Of a stretch of 64,000 nt of DNA, positions 36,669 through 50,214 are shown in pieces. The DNA is from Euprymna scolopes (taxonomy: Eukaryota), in assembly GCA_053919585.1 (NCBI GenBank), contig CM132813.1; one strand, given 5' to 3'. The position numbers were made by a program, and so were the translations under genes. The notes below the pieces were generated by a model that was not told the origin of the DNA, did no database searches, and was given only the letters and a program-made list of their open reading frames with translations. Each line of letters begins with the position of its first letter. The stretch's first letter is position 1.

Positions 36669-36930
36669 TGCAGAGCAGGAGATTTCGATAGTATGGCCAC
36701 GTTGAAAGAATGGATGCTAATTCTTGGGTAAGTAGATGTAGAACAGTCGAAGTGGCACATCCGGTTCATATGAGATTGCCAAAAAGAAAACATAGAAAGA
36801 TGTGATAAGAATTAACATGACGTAGGATAAAGAAGAATTTAGCCGGAGAGAGGTTAGTTTAGAAATCTATTTCTAAAAGCCGTTCGTCGCACGCCAACAT
36901 GCAAAAAAGAATGCTTAACTGATTATAATA
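36669..36930 (+). mobile_element. RTE 3' fragment
   Basis: YGHVERMDANSWVSRCRTVEV, colinear with the other RTE copies. Confidence 0.7.
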
Positions 36931-39229
36931 CTCTTGGATACTCATGTGATTGACTCCTGTCATGAAATCCGATGTGACTTAGCAGACCAGTTCTTAACAG
37001 ACAGGCTCTGACACATGAAACACACACATAATGAAAATAAAATGTGTCTGCGATATTCAGTACTAACTCTATCTGTAAAACACCTTTCAAAAGAGTTAGC
37101 CTTCCCTCAAATTTTCCGCAGTCGTCATAGCTACGTTTGTGTCAATCTGATGAACATATCTTCTCTCAGTAGTCCGTGATCATGTCAAATGTTTTTAGGT
37201 TATTTTTCTTTTATGACATTCATAAAATGTTTCTTTGGATTGTGTCAGACGTTTGCCATTCTGTATTCCTTTGCATAACAGTTGTTTAGAGTCTTCCATC
37301 TTAACTAGATATCTTTTCCCACACTTCTGCCCCCGTATAACGCATGCTTCTATACTAAACACTCCTACACTCGACTCCTTATATAAGACCAATAAGCCTC
37401 ATATAGAATCATGTGCTCAATCCTGGCTATTTCTAACTAGATATGGGAATTGGGACATATTAAAATTGGATGGTGTAAAAGATCTCAATTAAAATGTTAG
37501 GGTGGGATCTTTAGGTTTAACTACTTTGTAAGAGAAAAGAATGAAGGGTTACTTAATTAAGAACATAATTAATTGAAACAAACTTCCTACATCGGTTGTT
37601 GGCTGCCAAGACACTGTACATTTCCCTATGTAACATATCTACACGTTCGAAAAGCTATAATGAACTTCCAAAGCAAAGTCTGAAGTTGTTGCTATTATTC
37701 TGAAATACTACATGAGATTTTTTTTAATGAGCACTTAAATATTTCTTGTTATGCTGAAGTTTTATTAGCAAGTAAGATTTCAAAAACGATGTCAATATAT
37801 TTTTTTAAATATTTTCTGGACAAATGGCTAATAAGGTTTGAAATATTACCAATAAAGAAGAAAAGACATTGAATGAATTAAAAAATAAAGGTAAATAATG
37901 AATTGATAAGAGAATTTGATTCCTTATATCCGAAGTAATACTAAACGTATCCGAATTACAAACGCTACCACGATTTATTGTTTTGATTTCCTATTATTTT
38001 GATTATTTGGATAACGGTCCTCATATTTTAATTTGATTAATGTGATTTCTAAATATTCAACACGTTGTAGTGTGATATGCATTGATTTGCATATTAATGG
38101 GGCTTTGCCCTAAAAAAAGACTTAAGTCGAGAGGGCAGGGAAGTCGAGTTCTTGGAACAGAATTAAAATGGTCAAAATTTAGAATGTCATACGAACGCTG
38201 TCAGGAATCTCCTTTTTTAATTACATTTAAATATAATCATAAATAAGCATTCGTTTTTAGGCTAAGCCAAACTTTCTTCCCTGCTGGAATTTGTTTTAAA
38301 ATTTCAGCTAAGTAAATTGAATTTACCATTCTAAACCGTGGCAGGGTTTAAAAACAGTGAATTTTTGTTTTTTGTTATTTTCATGACTAAAGGTTTCTAT
38401 ACAAAAAATAGCATAAAAATGCAAACAAACAAAACAAACAAAAAACAAACAAAAATTTGGAAGAATTCTAAATATTTCTATTCTCTAATTTAGAATAACA
38501 TTCCTTGATACAGTTATAAGAAAGCTCTTGCTTTTTTAGGCTAAGCCAACTTTCCTTTGTACATTCCTAAATTTCCTCCTAACTATTTTATTAGTTTATT
38601 TAAACAAATTAATTACATTTCTAAATATGGAAAACCTTTTAGATATTTTTTCTCAATGAAATTTTATTAACAAAAACATCTCACAAACAATTTCAATTTT
38701 TTTTTTTTACAATAGAGTAATATATTTTCTTAACTAAATGGCTAATCCGGTATTTAATATTACTAACGTAGAATATTTTACCAGTAAACAATGTGAAGTG
38801 ACTATCTCTCACCCACCGGGTCCTGAGGACGCAGATAAGGAAACGGCCTTAACATATGGGGATTAGCTGCAAATACCCAATAAGCAGTCTTGGACCAACT
38901 GATAATTTACTCAGAGTGCATATCTCTGTGAAATTCAAATGGATGCTTGATATAAAGTTTATACTCAGCAGGTGTTGGTTGCCATAAAAGCTGACTTTGT
39001 TTAGTGAAGGCTGTTGAATTTGGTTGTTTATGCACTTAGTGTCGCTCACAAAAATAGTGCTGTGCAAAGAAGGGCGTCAACTGTACAACATTTGCTTATG
39101 AATATTTCCATGCACCAGTAGACAGGGCCAACAAGTGTGGATGATGCCTCTAAACATATGCAAACAGAACTGATAAAGAAGAAAAAGAAACTGCATCTAT
39201 TTAGAAATACATGTAAATAATCAATTATA

Positions 39230-39478
39230 TGTGGCATAATCAGGTCGAAACACTGGTTCTCACTCGATCGCAAAAGTTAAGCGATATTGAGCTTAGTCAG
39301 CTTCAGATGGTTGATCGTTAGGGAATAACAGGCACTGCATGTGGAAGGGTGTTGACACCTCCCTGCAAAACTGCAAAAACCCAGACCGGGATATACATGC
39401 AACTTGGGACCACCCGAGAATTTTGTATTCCTAGAAATTTCGTCCTTTATATGAAGCTGGTTCAACCTGCCTGGAATG
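39230..39478 (+). mobile_element. 5S rRNA-derived SINE
   Basis: ACACTGGTTCTCACTCGATCGCAAAAGTTAAGCG head; body shared with 13365-13645. Confidence 0.75.
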
Positions 39479-40164
39479 AATATTATGTCACTGTTAAATA
39501 ATCAATTTACTTGTCGGGTCGATTATATTTTAAAAGAATTTTATCTATATATTCACATTATATTAGACGTACTGGTGCCTTGTTGGATCACAACCATTAC
39601 CAATATTTATTCCACTATTCAATCACGTATTATTTTTATTATTCGAAACACTGTTTGGATGTTATTCTTAGGGTTCAGTTGAAAAAAACAATTAAAAGAG
39701 TTGTGTAAATTTTGTTTTCAATCAATTTAATTCAATATTGATTCTTTTTTAAGAGAACAAGTTGGTAGTTTGTTTTGTTAACTTTAATTTTAAAAAAGGA
39801 AAATGTCAATAACACAAGAGAAAAATTAGGCTCTTAAATCAGAGAAACGGAACAGGACGCTCGATGCAAAATTAGTAAATGAAATATAAAAAAAAAACAA
39901 TCGATTAAATCTTTATGGATCTTATTATTACATGCTCAATTCCAATTTAATTTTAAGGTAATCGTATCAGAAGACAAAGTGATAATTTTATTGAATATGC
40001 GATATGCACTACCTCAAAAATTGTAATTTTTAAAAGATTATGACATGTTAAATGTATTGGAGTTAAAATCAATTTAGTATTACATACGAAATAAGAAAAG
40101 CCTTTTTAATTTGTACATTAGTCGACATACAGACATATTTCCAATATGGTGACCTGTTTGCTTA

Positions 40165-40388
40165 TTCACACGTTTCAGCTGATGCAAACTCCAACATTCT
40201 TTAGTGGTGTCTTGTCAAAGTCAAAAACTTGCTTATCTTTATATCAAACTCAATAATCTATATGGAATTTTGAACTGAACCATTCATTTAATCCAGTGAA
40301 GATATCCTTGTTCCGTCAGCCTTAAGTAGTTTTTAATTATATTCTTACTGTCGCTTGTACGGACGATTGAATCTTCAACCTCCAAAAG
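40165..40388 (-). mobile_element. HH1 degenerate copy
   Basis: Minus strand GGAGGTTGAAGATTCAATCG ... GCTGACGGAACAAGG ... CATCAGCTGAAACGTGTG. Confidence 0.7.
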
Positions 40389-42174
40389 GCGGTCTCAGTA
40401 ATACGCATCCAACCTCTGGCTTTGTGGAATCTTGTTTTCATGGAATTCCTCAATCAAGACGTAACCATGGTGACAGGAGAATGATGAAGATTGAGTCTTT
40501 ACTTATTGATTTAAATAATTTTTGGATTTACAGATGTGCCATTGTTAAGAACTAGATTTGATACTTGTTTTTCTGACAATTGCTAAAAACAATCTTAAAA
40601 ACAAAAAAAAAACAATAAAAAATAATAAATATATAAACAAAATAAAACCGTTTCAGCTGATGTAATTTAACTATAATTCGTTTGTTGAATAATGTCACCT
40701 TCACCTAACACTAAAGGTTAATTCACAAATAAAGTATTTTCCCAGGAGCTCTTCAGAGGTTGAGAAAAAACAGTAATTTTTTAGATTTAATTGTATCTAT
40801 TTATCTCAAACCCCTACAACAGTCGAGTAATTGTTAAGAGTGATTATTATGAAAGTTGTTATTCATTTTCCCAGAAGATATCCGATTGTGGGGAGTTAAC
40901 TGCCCTTTATATTCACCTTTCATAGTCTTTATAAGATATTCCATCTTCTTATTGTTTTAATAACGAACTAAATTGAGATATGTACCATTAAGTGTAATCT
41001 GAAAGATTCTTGATAACTGTATTTTTAAACAATGTATCTAGTGTATTTTAACTTCTGTTCCTGCTAATATTGTATACATAATGTCATTTATGAAGAAATT
41101 GGCGAATGCCAGTTACTATGGAATCAAAATGACGTATTACAATGAAGATGAACGTGATGAAGAATCATCTAAATGTTCAAAGTTCTTAACATGATTTGTT
41201 TTGTTCAAATTCATAATTTTGGGAGTCAAATGTTTTTGTTTCTTCATTTTAATGTTAACTGATTTGCATGGAAACTACTCTCTCAGTATTAACCACCTGG
41301 AATTCATCTAACGAAGTGTCTGCCGAAGTTGTCTACAACAATTGATCTACAAATAAGATTTGTCTACAAATACAATTCAACAAACGAATATGTCTACAAA
41401 TACGATTTTTCTACATCTATATATATTATAGCAATTTCATGTCCATAGTACGTTATCACCTTCAACAGCAATTAAAATTGTCAACGATAAAACAATTTAA
41501 AATTAACTGAGATACAAAGATTTTCACATCACCCAGTTTAAAATAATTTGTTTAAAAATCTAATTATATCATCCCATTGACTTAATAAGTTTTGAAAACT
41601 TTCTTTTTTCATTCTTTTTATTTTAATACGATTTTAATACAGATATGTGTTACAATTTCGAAACATATAAATTTGGAAAAAAAATATTTGTTTTATTTAT
41701 TTATCTTAAACAAATTTATTACAGTGAAAATTGAATATTTATTGAAAATGTTTACATTGAAAATATTAAAACGTTCGTTTCATTTATTTCAAAATATTAA
41801 GCTAACAATTACGGAAGAATATAAAACGTTTTTCTTTATATTAGTAAATCTTGCAAACATTTGTTATCTCCAGACATGTATTATGAAAAATTAAGATAGT
41901 TATAATTATTTAATAGAGAATAATATATATTATTTACAGAGACTACAAAATGACCTTGAGCTTATTTTTAGCAGCCCCATAACTCTTGCTTCCCTTATTA
42001 TGTCATTTAGTTCTCACATTCCATGAGGGATGTTTCGGATAAAGTAAGAAGAATTAGCTTTTGACATGTAAGTAGTATTTTAAAGCTTTGCACGTTAAGT
42101 GGTTTCATGCATATGTCATTAAAAATGTTCACTAATACACATACAGAGTGTATGAGGGGGCGTATTGGTGAACA

Positions 42175-42217
<43 letters not shown>

Positions 42218-42334
42218 TAAGTTGACACTGCACAATTTTTTATCTTCCATTGTTACCTTAAGTTTCACGAAATCATTGGAAACTCAGTCACAGCGCTAAA
42301 GATACCAAATGTAATCGAGTCTTCAATCTCTTCT

Positions 42335-42580
42335 TATTATTTGGATTTTTCAGGCTACTATTCTCATCTAGAGTGTTATTTTCATAAAGTTTCAGTCGAT
42401 ATAACGTCCGATCTTCTTCAGATGTACTTTATCGAACTCAGGAATCTGAATAGAACTTCAAACGGAACCCTTTATTTAATTCCCAGAAATAGAAGTCCTA
42501 TTTGTATTTTGAGTGTCACCCATACTGAAGATAGAACCATCAACTTCCAGAAGAGTGTAACTTTACAACTGAATTTTATT
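42335..42580 (-). mobile_element. HH1 copy
   Basis: Minus strand CATCTGAAGAAGATCGGACGTTATATCGACTGAAACTTTATG (42383-42424); tail AAAATCCAAATAATA. Confidence 0.8.
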
Positions 42581-43499
42581 AATCAAACCTACAACTTGTA
42601 AAAAACAAAAATTAAAACAATAAAAAAATAGATCAATTCAATAATTGGAGGACATAAATTTGATAAATTAAATTTAGTGATTAGTTATTGGAATTATTAT
42701 TAATTAAATGCTTAATATTGTACTGTTATTATATTATTATGAATAAGCATATAACAATTTAAATGAAGCGAAGTATTTGAATAAGTGCGAAACTTATTTA
42801 AGCAGCCATTTGTAAAAATAAATTGGAGCAGATCCGAAAAAGTGAGTATTATTGCATTCGCTTGGAATGTCAATTTTCTTTAGAAAAAACACAATTTGTA
42901 AAGTAAATTTTTATTTTTTTATTTGGGAAATTATGGATTCATTTTGTGAGTATCATTTTAAAATCTAATTCAAATATTACGATATTGTTTGGTTTTTACT
43001 GTCCGACACTAGAACAGTTGTTCAAATAATCAAAATCTTACAAATTCAATAAAATCTGTAGACAATTAGTATCTGTAGTTGAATTGTATTGTTAGTTAAA
43101 ATACATGAATTACTGTGGACATGATGCTGTTGCTGTTGAGGTAGAAATCCTGGTTTGATAACGGATAAAAAGTCTCACCTTTACATTCAAATCTGTTCAG
43201 TGAGATGAGGAAGCTGCATTTTGGCAATATGTTTTTTTTTTCAACACCGATTAGGACAAGTTTCGATGTAAATCCGATCATCTGGCACATGGATGTGATA
43301 TTCACAGAAAAATGAGTAAATTACCAACTTATTGAATTGTCTGGTGCTGACCTGTTTCTACCGACACAGAGAAAACATGTATAAATGTTATATTTTAAAG
43401 AAAATGCCCATTTTTCAGTTGATAGCATATTTGAAAAAAAAGCATGTTTTAAAATTTGCTTGATAAAATTTATGATATGGACGTTTTGATTGATAAGAT

Positions 43500-44362
43500 A
43501 TAGAGGTTGTTGAGAAGTTTAGTTACCTTGGGGATACTATGAGAGCACAGGAAGAAGCCGGTGCTAATGTGATTTCAAGAACTAGGCATGGAAGAATCGA
43601 ATTCTAATGGTAATTTTTTTCAAATATATCGGACATGACGTCAGAATGAGAATATTTTTTGATATGTTAGTTATCTTTTCTATTTAACGATTGATGAAGT
43701 GAGTTGAAGGAACTTATGTCATTACTAACTAGCAGAACATTACGGCTGTCAATCAAGGAAAGAGTCTATCAGGTATGTGTGTGCAGCGTGATGATACGAG
43801 ATAAAAGTGAAATCTGGCCAGTGAGGGCTGAGGACATGTGTTGCATGAAGAAAAATAAGAGAATGATGTCATGGATATGATATGTGAGCCTTAAAGACAA
43901 ACTTAGTTTTGATAACCAGAGGAAGAGTAAATTTGGACAGTATAGGAAGCTATGTACAGAACAGAAAACTTCAAGGTACGGCCATGTTGAAAGAAATTTT
44001 TTTTTTTTTTTTTTTTTCGATCGCCGGGCTTGGGCCGCAGCGGTACGAGATGTGCATCTTCATGAAGCCGACTCAACTCCTCCAGGGTGAATGTCGTTTC
44101 AAGTACAAGTACAAGTACATGTTGACAGAATGGATGAGAGTTCTTGGGTTAGTAAGTGTAAAAGAATTGAGATAGCAGGTTCAATTAAGAGAGGAAGGCC
44201 AAGAAAAATATGGGAAGAAGTGATAAACATGGACGAGAGACAGAGGGATAAAAAAGACCTGACTAGAGATAGGTTAGTTTGTAAGTAAATTTCTTAAAGT
44301 CGTCCAACGTATGTAAACGCATGTAAAACGGACGTAAACTGCTGCTGCTGATGATGATGATG
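43500..44362 (+). mobile_element. RTE-clade LINE 3' fragment with nested inserts
   Basis: IEVVEKFSYLGDT...YGHVERMDESSWVSKCKRIEIAGSIKRGRPRKIWEE; (GAT)n tail. Confidence 0.85.
43996..44117 (+). mobile_element. young 5'-truncated RTE end with 5' poly(T) and (CAAGTA)n tail
   Basis: TSD CATGTTGA[A/C]AGAA at 43983-43995 and 44118-44130; encodes DRRAWAAAVRD...STPPG*; CpG-rich. Confidence 0.75.
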
Positions 44363-44677
44363 GGATTACAATTTAAACAAAAATGTTGGAAAAAAAATCA
44401 CTTCATGATTTATTCTAAACTACCACTGGTATCCGGCGTTGCCCAGAGACCATGAACAACAAATAGAAAAGTTAAAAAGTGTGCACAACATCTTCCTTTT
44501 AAAACCCCTCTCGCTTCTTAGTTTTCTTTATTCTCATTTCTGTCTATCTTGCCTCTCCTCTCTCTCTCCAACCTCTCCTTTCTCTTCCCATCACTTTCTC
44601 TCCTCGCCTCTTTCTATGACCCCCTTTCTTACTCTTTTTGGCAGGCTTCGGAAAAATCGTTGATGAATTTTTACATA

Positions 44678-44719
<42 letters not shown>

Positions 44720-45584
44720 GATTAAATGATTTTTTTTTTATCTATGGTTTTATTATTATCAATTATTTTTAAGATTACGCTTCTCCTTTTTTACTCATAA
44801 GACTTAAATTTGCATACATAATATATATGTTTAGAATGCCGACGTTTCTTGCATTTCTTGCATTGTGACAGTCTTCTAATACTTCTTTCACGGTTTCTTC
44901 GGCAATTATATTTATTTCTAATTGTCTATTTATTTTATATTTTTATGTAACTCACACAATGCTCCAAACAAACTACATCTCATTATTAGTTCTTTTTTTT
45001 TTGTTGTTGTTTTAATTAAAGAAAAAAAAATGCAATGTATATCTATCAATCTCTCCGTTGCTACCATATATGTGTGCTTTTCAGAGGCAGTCTTTCATTT
45101 GTTAAGGCCTTAGGCTATATATAAAATCTGAGGCCCCTCTTTACATACTGAGGGTAGTATATATGATTATATAGTTTTTATTATAAATTAGTCACCAGGT
45201 ACGAAGTCCACAAGTCACTTAAAGATAAATGTTAATAGATTTCAAAATGGATGATGAAAAACATTATGAGAAAATTGGAAATAATAGTTGGAAAAGGTAG
45301 AATAATGACTTAAAAGGACGTCTCTATAAGTATTTGTTAATATTGGACTTGAAGACGACTATATTGTAGTCGGCAGTGAAACTGTTCCATAGATGAGAAG
45401 TTCCTAGAGAGAAACTTTTACATCATTTGCATTCATTAATGATTATGTTATAGTCAAAACCTTGACTTTCCAATGTAATGCTGTGTAATAATATCTATCT
45501 ATGGCATTGAGAACTTTGTAGTTCACTACATATCAATTTCCACTATAAACTGATAAATTTGCTAATATCTTTATATATATGCTA

Positions 45585-45643
<59 letters not shown>

Positions 45644-45644
<1 letters not shown>

Positions 45645-46405
45645 TAGCAAAAGTACCCGTCGTTAACTGGGTTAAAAAACAGCCTACAGAAACTGGACTC
45701 TGATTTATTAAAGTATGATAGGTCATGAAAAGGAAGGGTTGTAAAGAGATAGCTTCGAATTTGGGGGTATCAAAACCAAAGCAAAATATGATGAAAGTAA
45801 AAATAAAATAGATAAACCCCATAATTTTTTTATACCATACCTGTTCACACTGAAACACTTATCACAATAATCTGTGGATCTATATTAAAAACCTTGTTAA
45901 ACTTTTTGATATATTTCCATTCTATGGAGGTTAGGCGCGAACAAACACCCCATAATTTTATTATACCATATTTCTTCAAACTGAAACATAATTATCAAAG
46001 TATACTTACGCAGATAGATATGAAAAGTCTTTATTAAAGTTTGTGCCTATTTCCATTCTATGGAGGCCAGGCGTGAACGCAACCCCCACAATTTTATTAT
46101 ACCATCCCTATTTAAGTTAAAACACACTTATCAAAGTATTCTTATGTACATCTATATCAAAAACACTTGTAAACGTTTTTTTTTAAATTTAAAAATTTTT
46201 CATTTCCATACTTTGTGGACCAGGCGCGAACGTAGACCCCACAATTTTAATGAACCACCGTTCTGCAGGATCAAACATACCCATTCCTGTGTCTCGATAC
46301 ATCTTCTATCATTATATGTAATCAGTTTTTTAAAATAGTCAACCATATAGGAGCCTATTCGTGACCACGACCACGCACACACATACACAGACATTCAGCT
46401 TTATA

Positions 46406-46410
<5 letters not shown>
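45644..46410 (-). mobile_element. non-autonomous Helitron with internal ~135-150 bp tandem repeats
   Basis: Minus strand 5' (TA)n-CTATAAAGCTGAATGTCTGTGT; 3' hairpin ACCCAGTTAACGACGGGT followed by ACTTTTG-CTAG; repeat unit TTCCAT...GGCGCGAAC...CCCCA at 45915, 46051 and 46204. Confidence 0.7.
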
Positions 46411-46454
<44 letters not shown>

Positions 46455-46494
46455 CTCATATCCACATAAAATGTTATATATGTTTTGTATCGAT

Positions 46495-46694
46495 TTCTAG
46501 TATTTACTTCAATTTACTTCAACAGTACTCAATAGGTAAGTGGAGCTAGATAGTTATAAAAATAAATAACTATGACAATTAATGTACACAGACTTTTCTA
46601 TGTTTCAAACTTGTATCAGCTATATGGTCAATACATGGAGGAAACACGGAAAATTCTGTGTAGTTTCATTGCCACATATATGTTCATAACTTAC
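46495..46694. mobile_element. family HH2 head-to-head inverted pair
   Basis: Minus copy 46495-46620 (GCTGATACAAGTTTGAAACATAG...CTATTGAGTACTG) and plus copy GAAACACGGAAAATTCTGTGTAGTTTCATTGCCAC. Confidence 0.55.
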
Positions 46695-46852
46695 TGTACA
46701 TTGAAGTGTCTGTTGGAGATACAAAGGTTTAATCAATGTGCTCATCCTGGATTTAGCAGAAAATCCAGCTAGTCATAGCAGAATTTTCTCCTAAATCCAG
46801 GATCACCAGATTGATGAAACCCGAGTATCCCGAACAAACACCATAATGTATA
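46695..46852. repeat. 158-bp foldback palindrome (MITE-like)
   Basis: 77-bp arms at 46695-46771 and 46776-46852 around a GTCA loop. Confidence 0.8.
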
Positions 46853-46929
46853 ATATTTAAATAAAGTAATTTATATTACCTCTTGTAGAATATACAATCG
46901 AGCACTTTTATCTTTTCTTTCAACTTGTG

Positions 46930-47012
<83 letters not shown>

Positions 47013-48014
47013 GTGCGTGTGTGTATATATAAAGTATAACCACTTGCTGCTTCAATCTACACACTCCAAGAAACAGCTGCAACAAAAGAGGCGACGATGG
47101 TTTAGCGTTTAACGACACAAACCAACAATTTGGGTGTATCAAGTTCGAATCCAGTTAGTTCCACAGAAACACTTTCACTTAAGATGTTGGCAATCTTCAC
47201 GTGGTCCCTTCAGTAAATATCTGATTTCTTTCTGGAAAGAATTCTAACTAGAAAGATATCGGAGAAACCAATGCCAACAGTAGAATCATCTGATTCATGA
47301 GAAATAAAAGAGTGATAATCTTCTAAGGACTGTTGAAAGATATTTTCGAAACTGAGAGATGTCATTTACTTGGGTGATGGCAAGTGTCTTTAACTGAAAT
47401 GTTTAAAAGAAAATGGCTACCGATTTGGTTGGAGAAAATTAAGAGAAATTTGCAAATACATTTCATTTGAGTTAAAGACGGCTCTTGGGATTTGCATTTG
47501 GAATTGTTAGCCTAACATGCCTCGGTTAATTTCCCAAGATGCAACGAGACGTAACACCAAAACTAGGAAAATTGTTCAATGAAAGCATGCGCCATAGAAG
47601 CTCTGTAAGAGACTCTCTTCGTTGGTTGGTTGTCTGTTACACTTAAGTAGGAAATGGAATTTTCTTTTGTTTGTTACGCTTAGATTTTAAATAATATTTT
47701 TGTCTGTCTGTCACGTTTAAATTTGAAAAAGTATTTCTGTCTGTCTCTTATGGATAAATTAGGTGTAGTATTTTCGACTGTCTGTTATGCATAAGTTTGA
47801 GGTGGAATTTTCGTCAGTCGGTAACGTTTAAATTTGACATAATATTTTATTCCGTATGTCATGCTTAAATTCCAAATCGTATTTTTCGTCTGCCTGTACC
47901 GTTTATGTTTTGAATAATATTTTTGTATGCTTGTCACGTTTAAATTTGAAATAGCATTTTCATCTGTCACCGTGACTATGCTTCATTTCTGAAGTTTTGA
48001 GATGAGGACTGATT

Positions 48015-48355
48015 ATATTATTTGGATTCTTCAGATTATTGATCTTATTTTCAGTATTAAACTCACGACGTTTCCATCAATGTAACTTCCGACCTTCTTC
48101 CGGAATATTTTGTTGAAATCCGGAATCTTTCTGTCTAACTTGGGAATCTGTATGTAATTTCCAAAAGAATCATTTAATATACAGGGGTAGTCTTCTCTCG
48201 TTATGTCAGCCATAACATGGTAGAAATCTTACATAATTCGCGATTGTATTCTTAGTATTGACAACACTGAGGATTGAACTTTCAACCTCCAGAAGAGTGT
48301 CACTTTGAACTGAGTTTTATCTCGTACTTTATCCGTTACTTCATGGGTCCTTGCA
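48015..48355 (-). mobile_element. HH1 full-length copy
   Basis: Head TGCAAGGACCCATGAAGTAACGGATAAAGTAC; B box AGTTCAATCC (48271-48280); degenerate hammerhead at 48063-48103. Confidence 0.85.
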
Positions 48356-48472
48356 AGTTCAACAGAAAGATTCCAGACTTAGGCAAGATACATGTAAAGA
48401 ACATCGGGGGTTAGATCGACCAAAACGTTGTGAGAATAACACTCAAAATGAGAACAGCATTCTAAATAATAC
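48356..48472 (+). mobile_element. HH1 5'-truncated inverted partner
   Basis: AGTTCAACAGAAAGATTCC...GATACATGTAAAGAACATCGGGGGTTAGATCGACCAAAACGTTGTGAGAATAACAC. Confidence 0.8.
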
Positions 48473-48929
48473 ATTTTATAATAATATTTTGTCTGTTTGT
48501 CACGCTTAAATTGGAAATAATATTTGTGTTTGTCCGTCGTGCTTACATTTGAAAAATCATTTTCGTTTCTCTGTCAAGCATAATCTTGAAATACCATTTT
48601 CCTCTGCTAGCCACGTTAAAGTTTGAAATAACATTCTCTTCACTAAACGTGCAAATAAAAAGGGAAATTTCATTTCGATGCATGCAAGCTCCTCTATAAG
48701 AAGCTGGTCTTTCGCATTTAAGCATTTTCCTTGGTCTGCCATGAAGTTTGAAACAGCATTTTTTTTTAACATATGGATTGAATCGATACAATATCCGCTA
48801 TTGAATTTCATATACCCCAACAGTTATTTTATTTTTATTAAAATTTAAATTAATCAGCAGGTGTGTCTTTTATTGTCTAAAAAAGCTTTAAGACATATTC
48901 CGAAATTTATTTGAGCTTTATAACGGATA

Positions 48930-49172
48930 TATTTTTTTATATTGTATCAAGACTATGTCAACATTTTATATTGGACAATAACTATATAACGAATGAATAT
49001 TTTATATGGAAACCAAGACTATGGCAGAATCTTTTATATTGCACAAAAACTATATAAGGAATGTATATATTACGACTAAGACTATGACCGCATATTTTAT
49101 ATTGTATCAAAACTATATAAAGAATTTATATTTTATATTGCAAACAAAACTATGACCACATATTTTATACAT
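48930..49172. repeat. degenerate minisatellite of TTTTATATTG...AAGACTATG / AAAACTATATA units
   Basis: About seven 30-36-bp units. Confidence 0.65.
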
Positions 49173-50083
49173 GGCCCCCAAAACAATTTCATTAACAAAT
49201 CTTATGTAATGTGTTATCATCTGAAAAATGGACACTTAAAAAAGAATCTTTCGAAAAATCTCTGGAAAAATTGAGCATTATTTTGTAAATATAAAATATA
49301 ATAAAAAAATAATAATAGTAATAATAATGATTTTCGTAATGAAATAATCATGTAACAGCATTTTCTTTAGATGTTTATTTAGAATTTTATTACATAACCA
49401 AATCTGTGTGACAGAATTTCTTGTGTTGTGGAATGTGTAAGAGATAATTTGTGTTGTTCTGGAATTTCTTTTTCCTCTTTATTCTACAGTTTTTTTTTTC
49501 AATCAGGCTGGAAAGCTTTCATGTTTTTCTTTTCTTGCATGTGTTGTGTGGTTCCATGGGATGAAAAATCTGCATTCCTTTATCCGTTCTTTTTCTTTCC
49601 CCTCTTTCTTTCTTGTTTTCTCTTGTATTGTGTGCCAGGAATTGTTCAAAGATGGTTTCCAAAGAATTCCTTGGGGTTTACCATCAGTATTTAAGACCTG
49701 AGAATCAGTTTGAGTTCAGAATTAGCTTAGCATTGAATGTTCAGGTTTGCGATTTGTGTTGTAAACTTGTGTCCGAGTGTCTTTTGTAAAGAAAGTGTTT
49801 GTTGATCTTTGCCGAAATAAAAGTCTTTTCTTGTTTTCGATGACATAAGTTTTCCTTTTTTTCAATTACATAAGCTTTCCTTTTTTCAATTACATAAGCT
49901 CTCCTGTTTTTCAATAACATAAGCTTTCCTTTTTTAAGTAAGCATAGTGGAATACAAATCTAGTACAATTCTGTTTAGCTTAAATACAACAGATAAATAG
50001 AATATGTCTATTAGACATTTTATTCGTCTTCTGCTTACGCAAGATTGACAGTAATAAAAGAAGATGCCATTCAGATCTTATAA

Positions 50084-50129
<46 letters not shown>

Positions 50130-50214
50130 CATCATCTCCTTTGAAATAATTTCTATAACCATTATGTAACTGGGTTTTTGAAATACCTGTTCTAGTTGAA
50201 GGAATTCTATTATG

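Larger units (their letters stand above)
47620..48760. repeat. degenerate 37-bp minisatellite array interrupted by an HH1 insertion
   Basis: TTAAATTTGAAATA..ATTTT.GTCTGTCTGTCACG units on both sides of 48015-48472. Confidence 0.75.

Noticed and set aside
37195-37400. LINE remnant on the minus strand (LYGAEVW-like)
   Set aside because: Too degenerate to classify by eye
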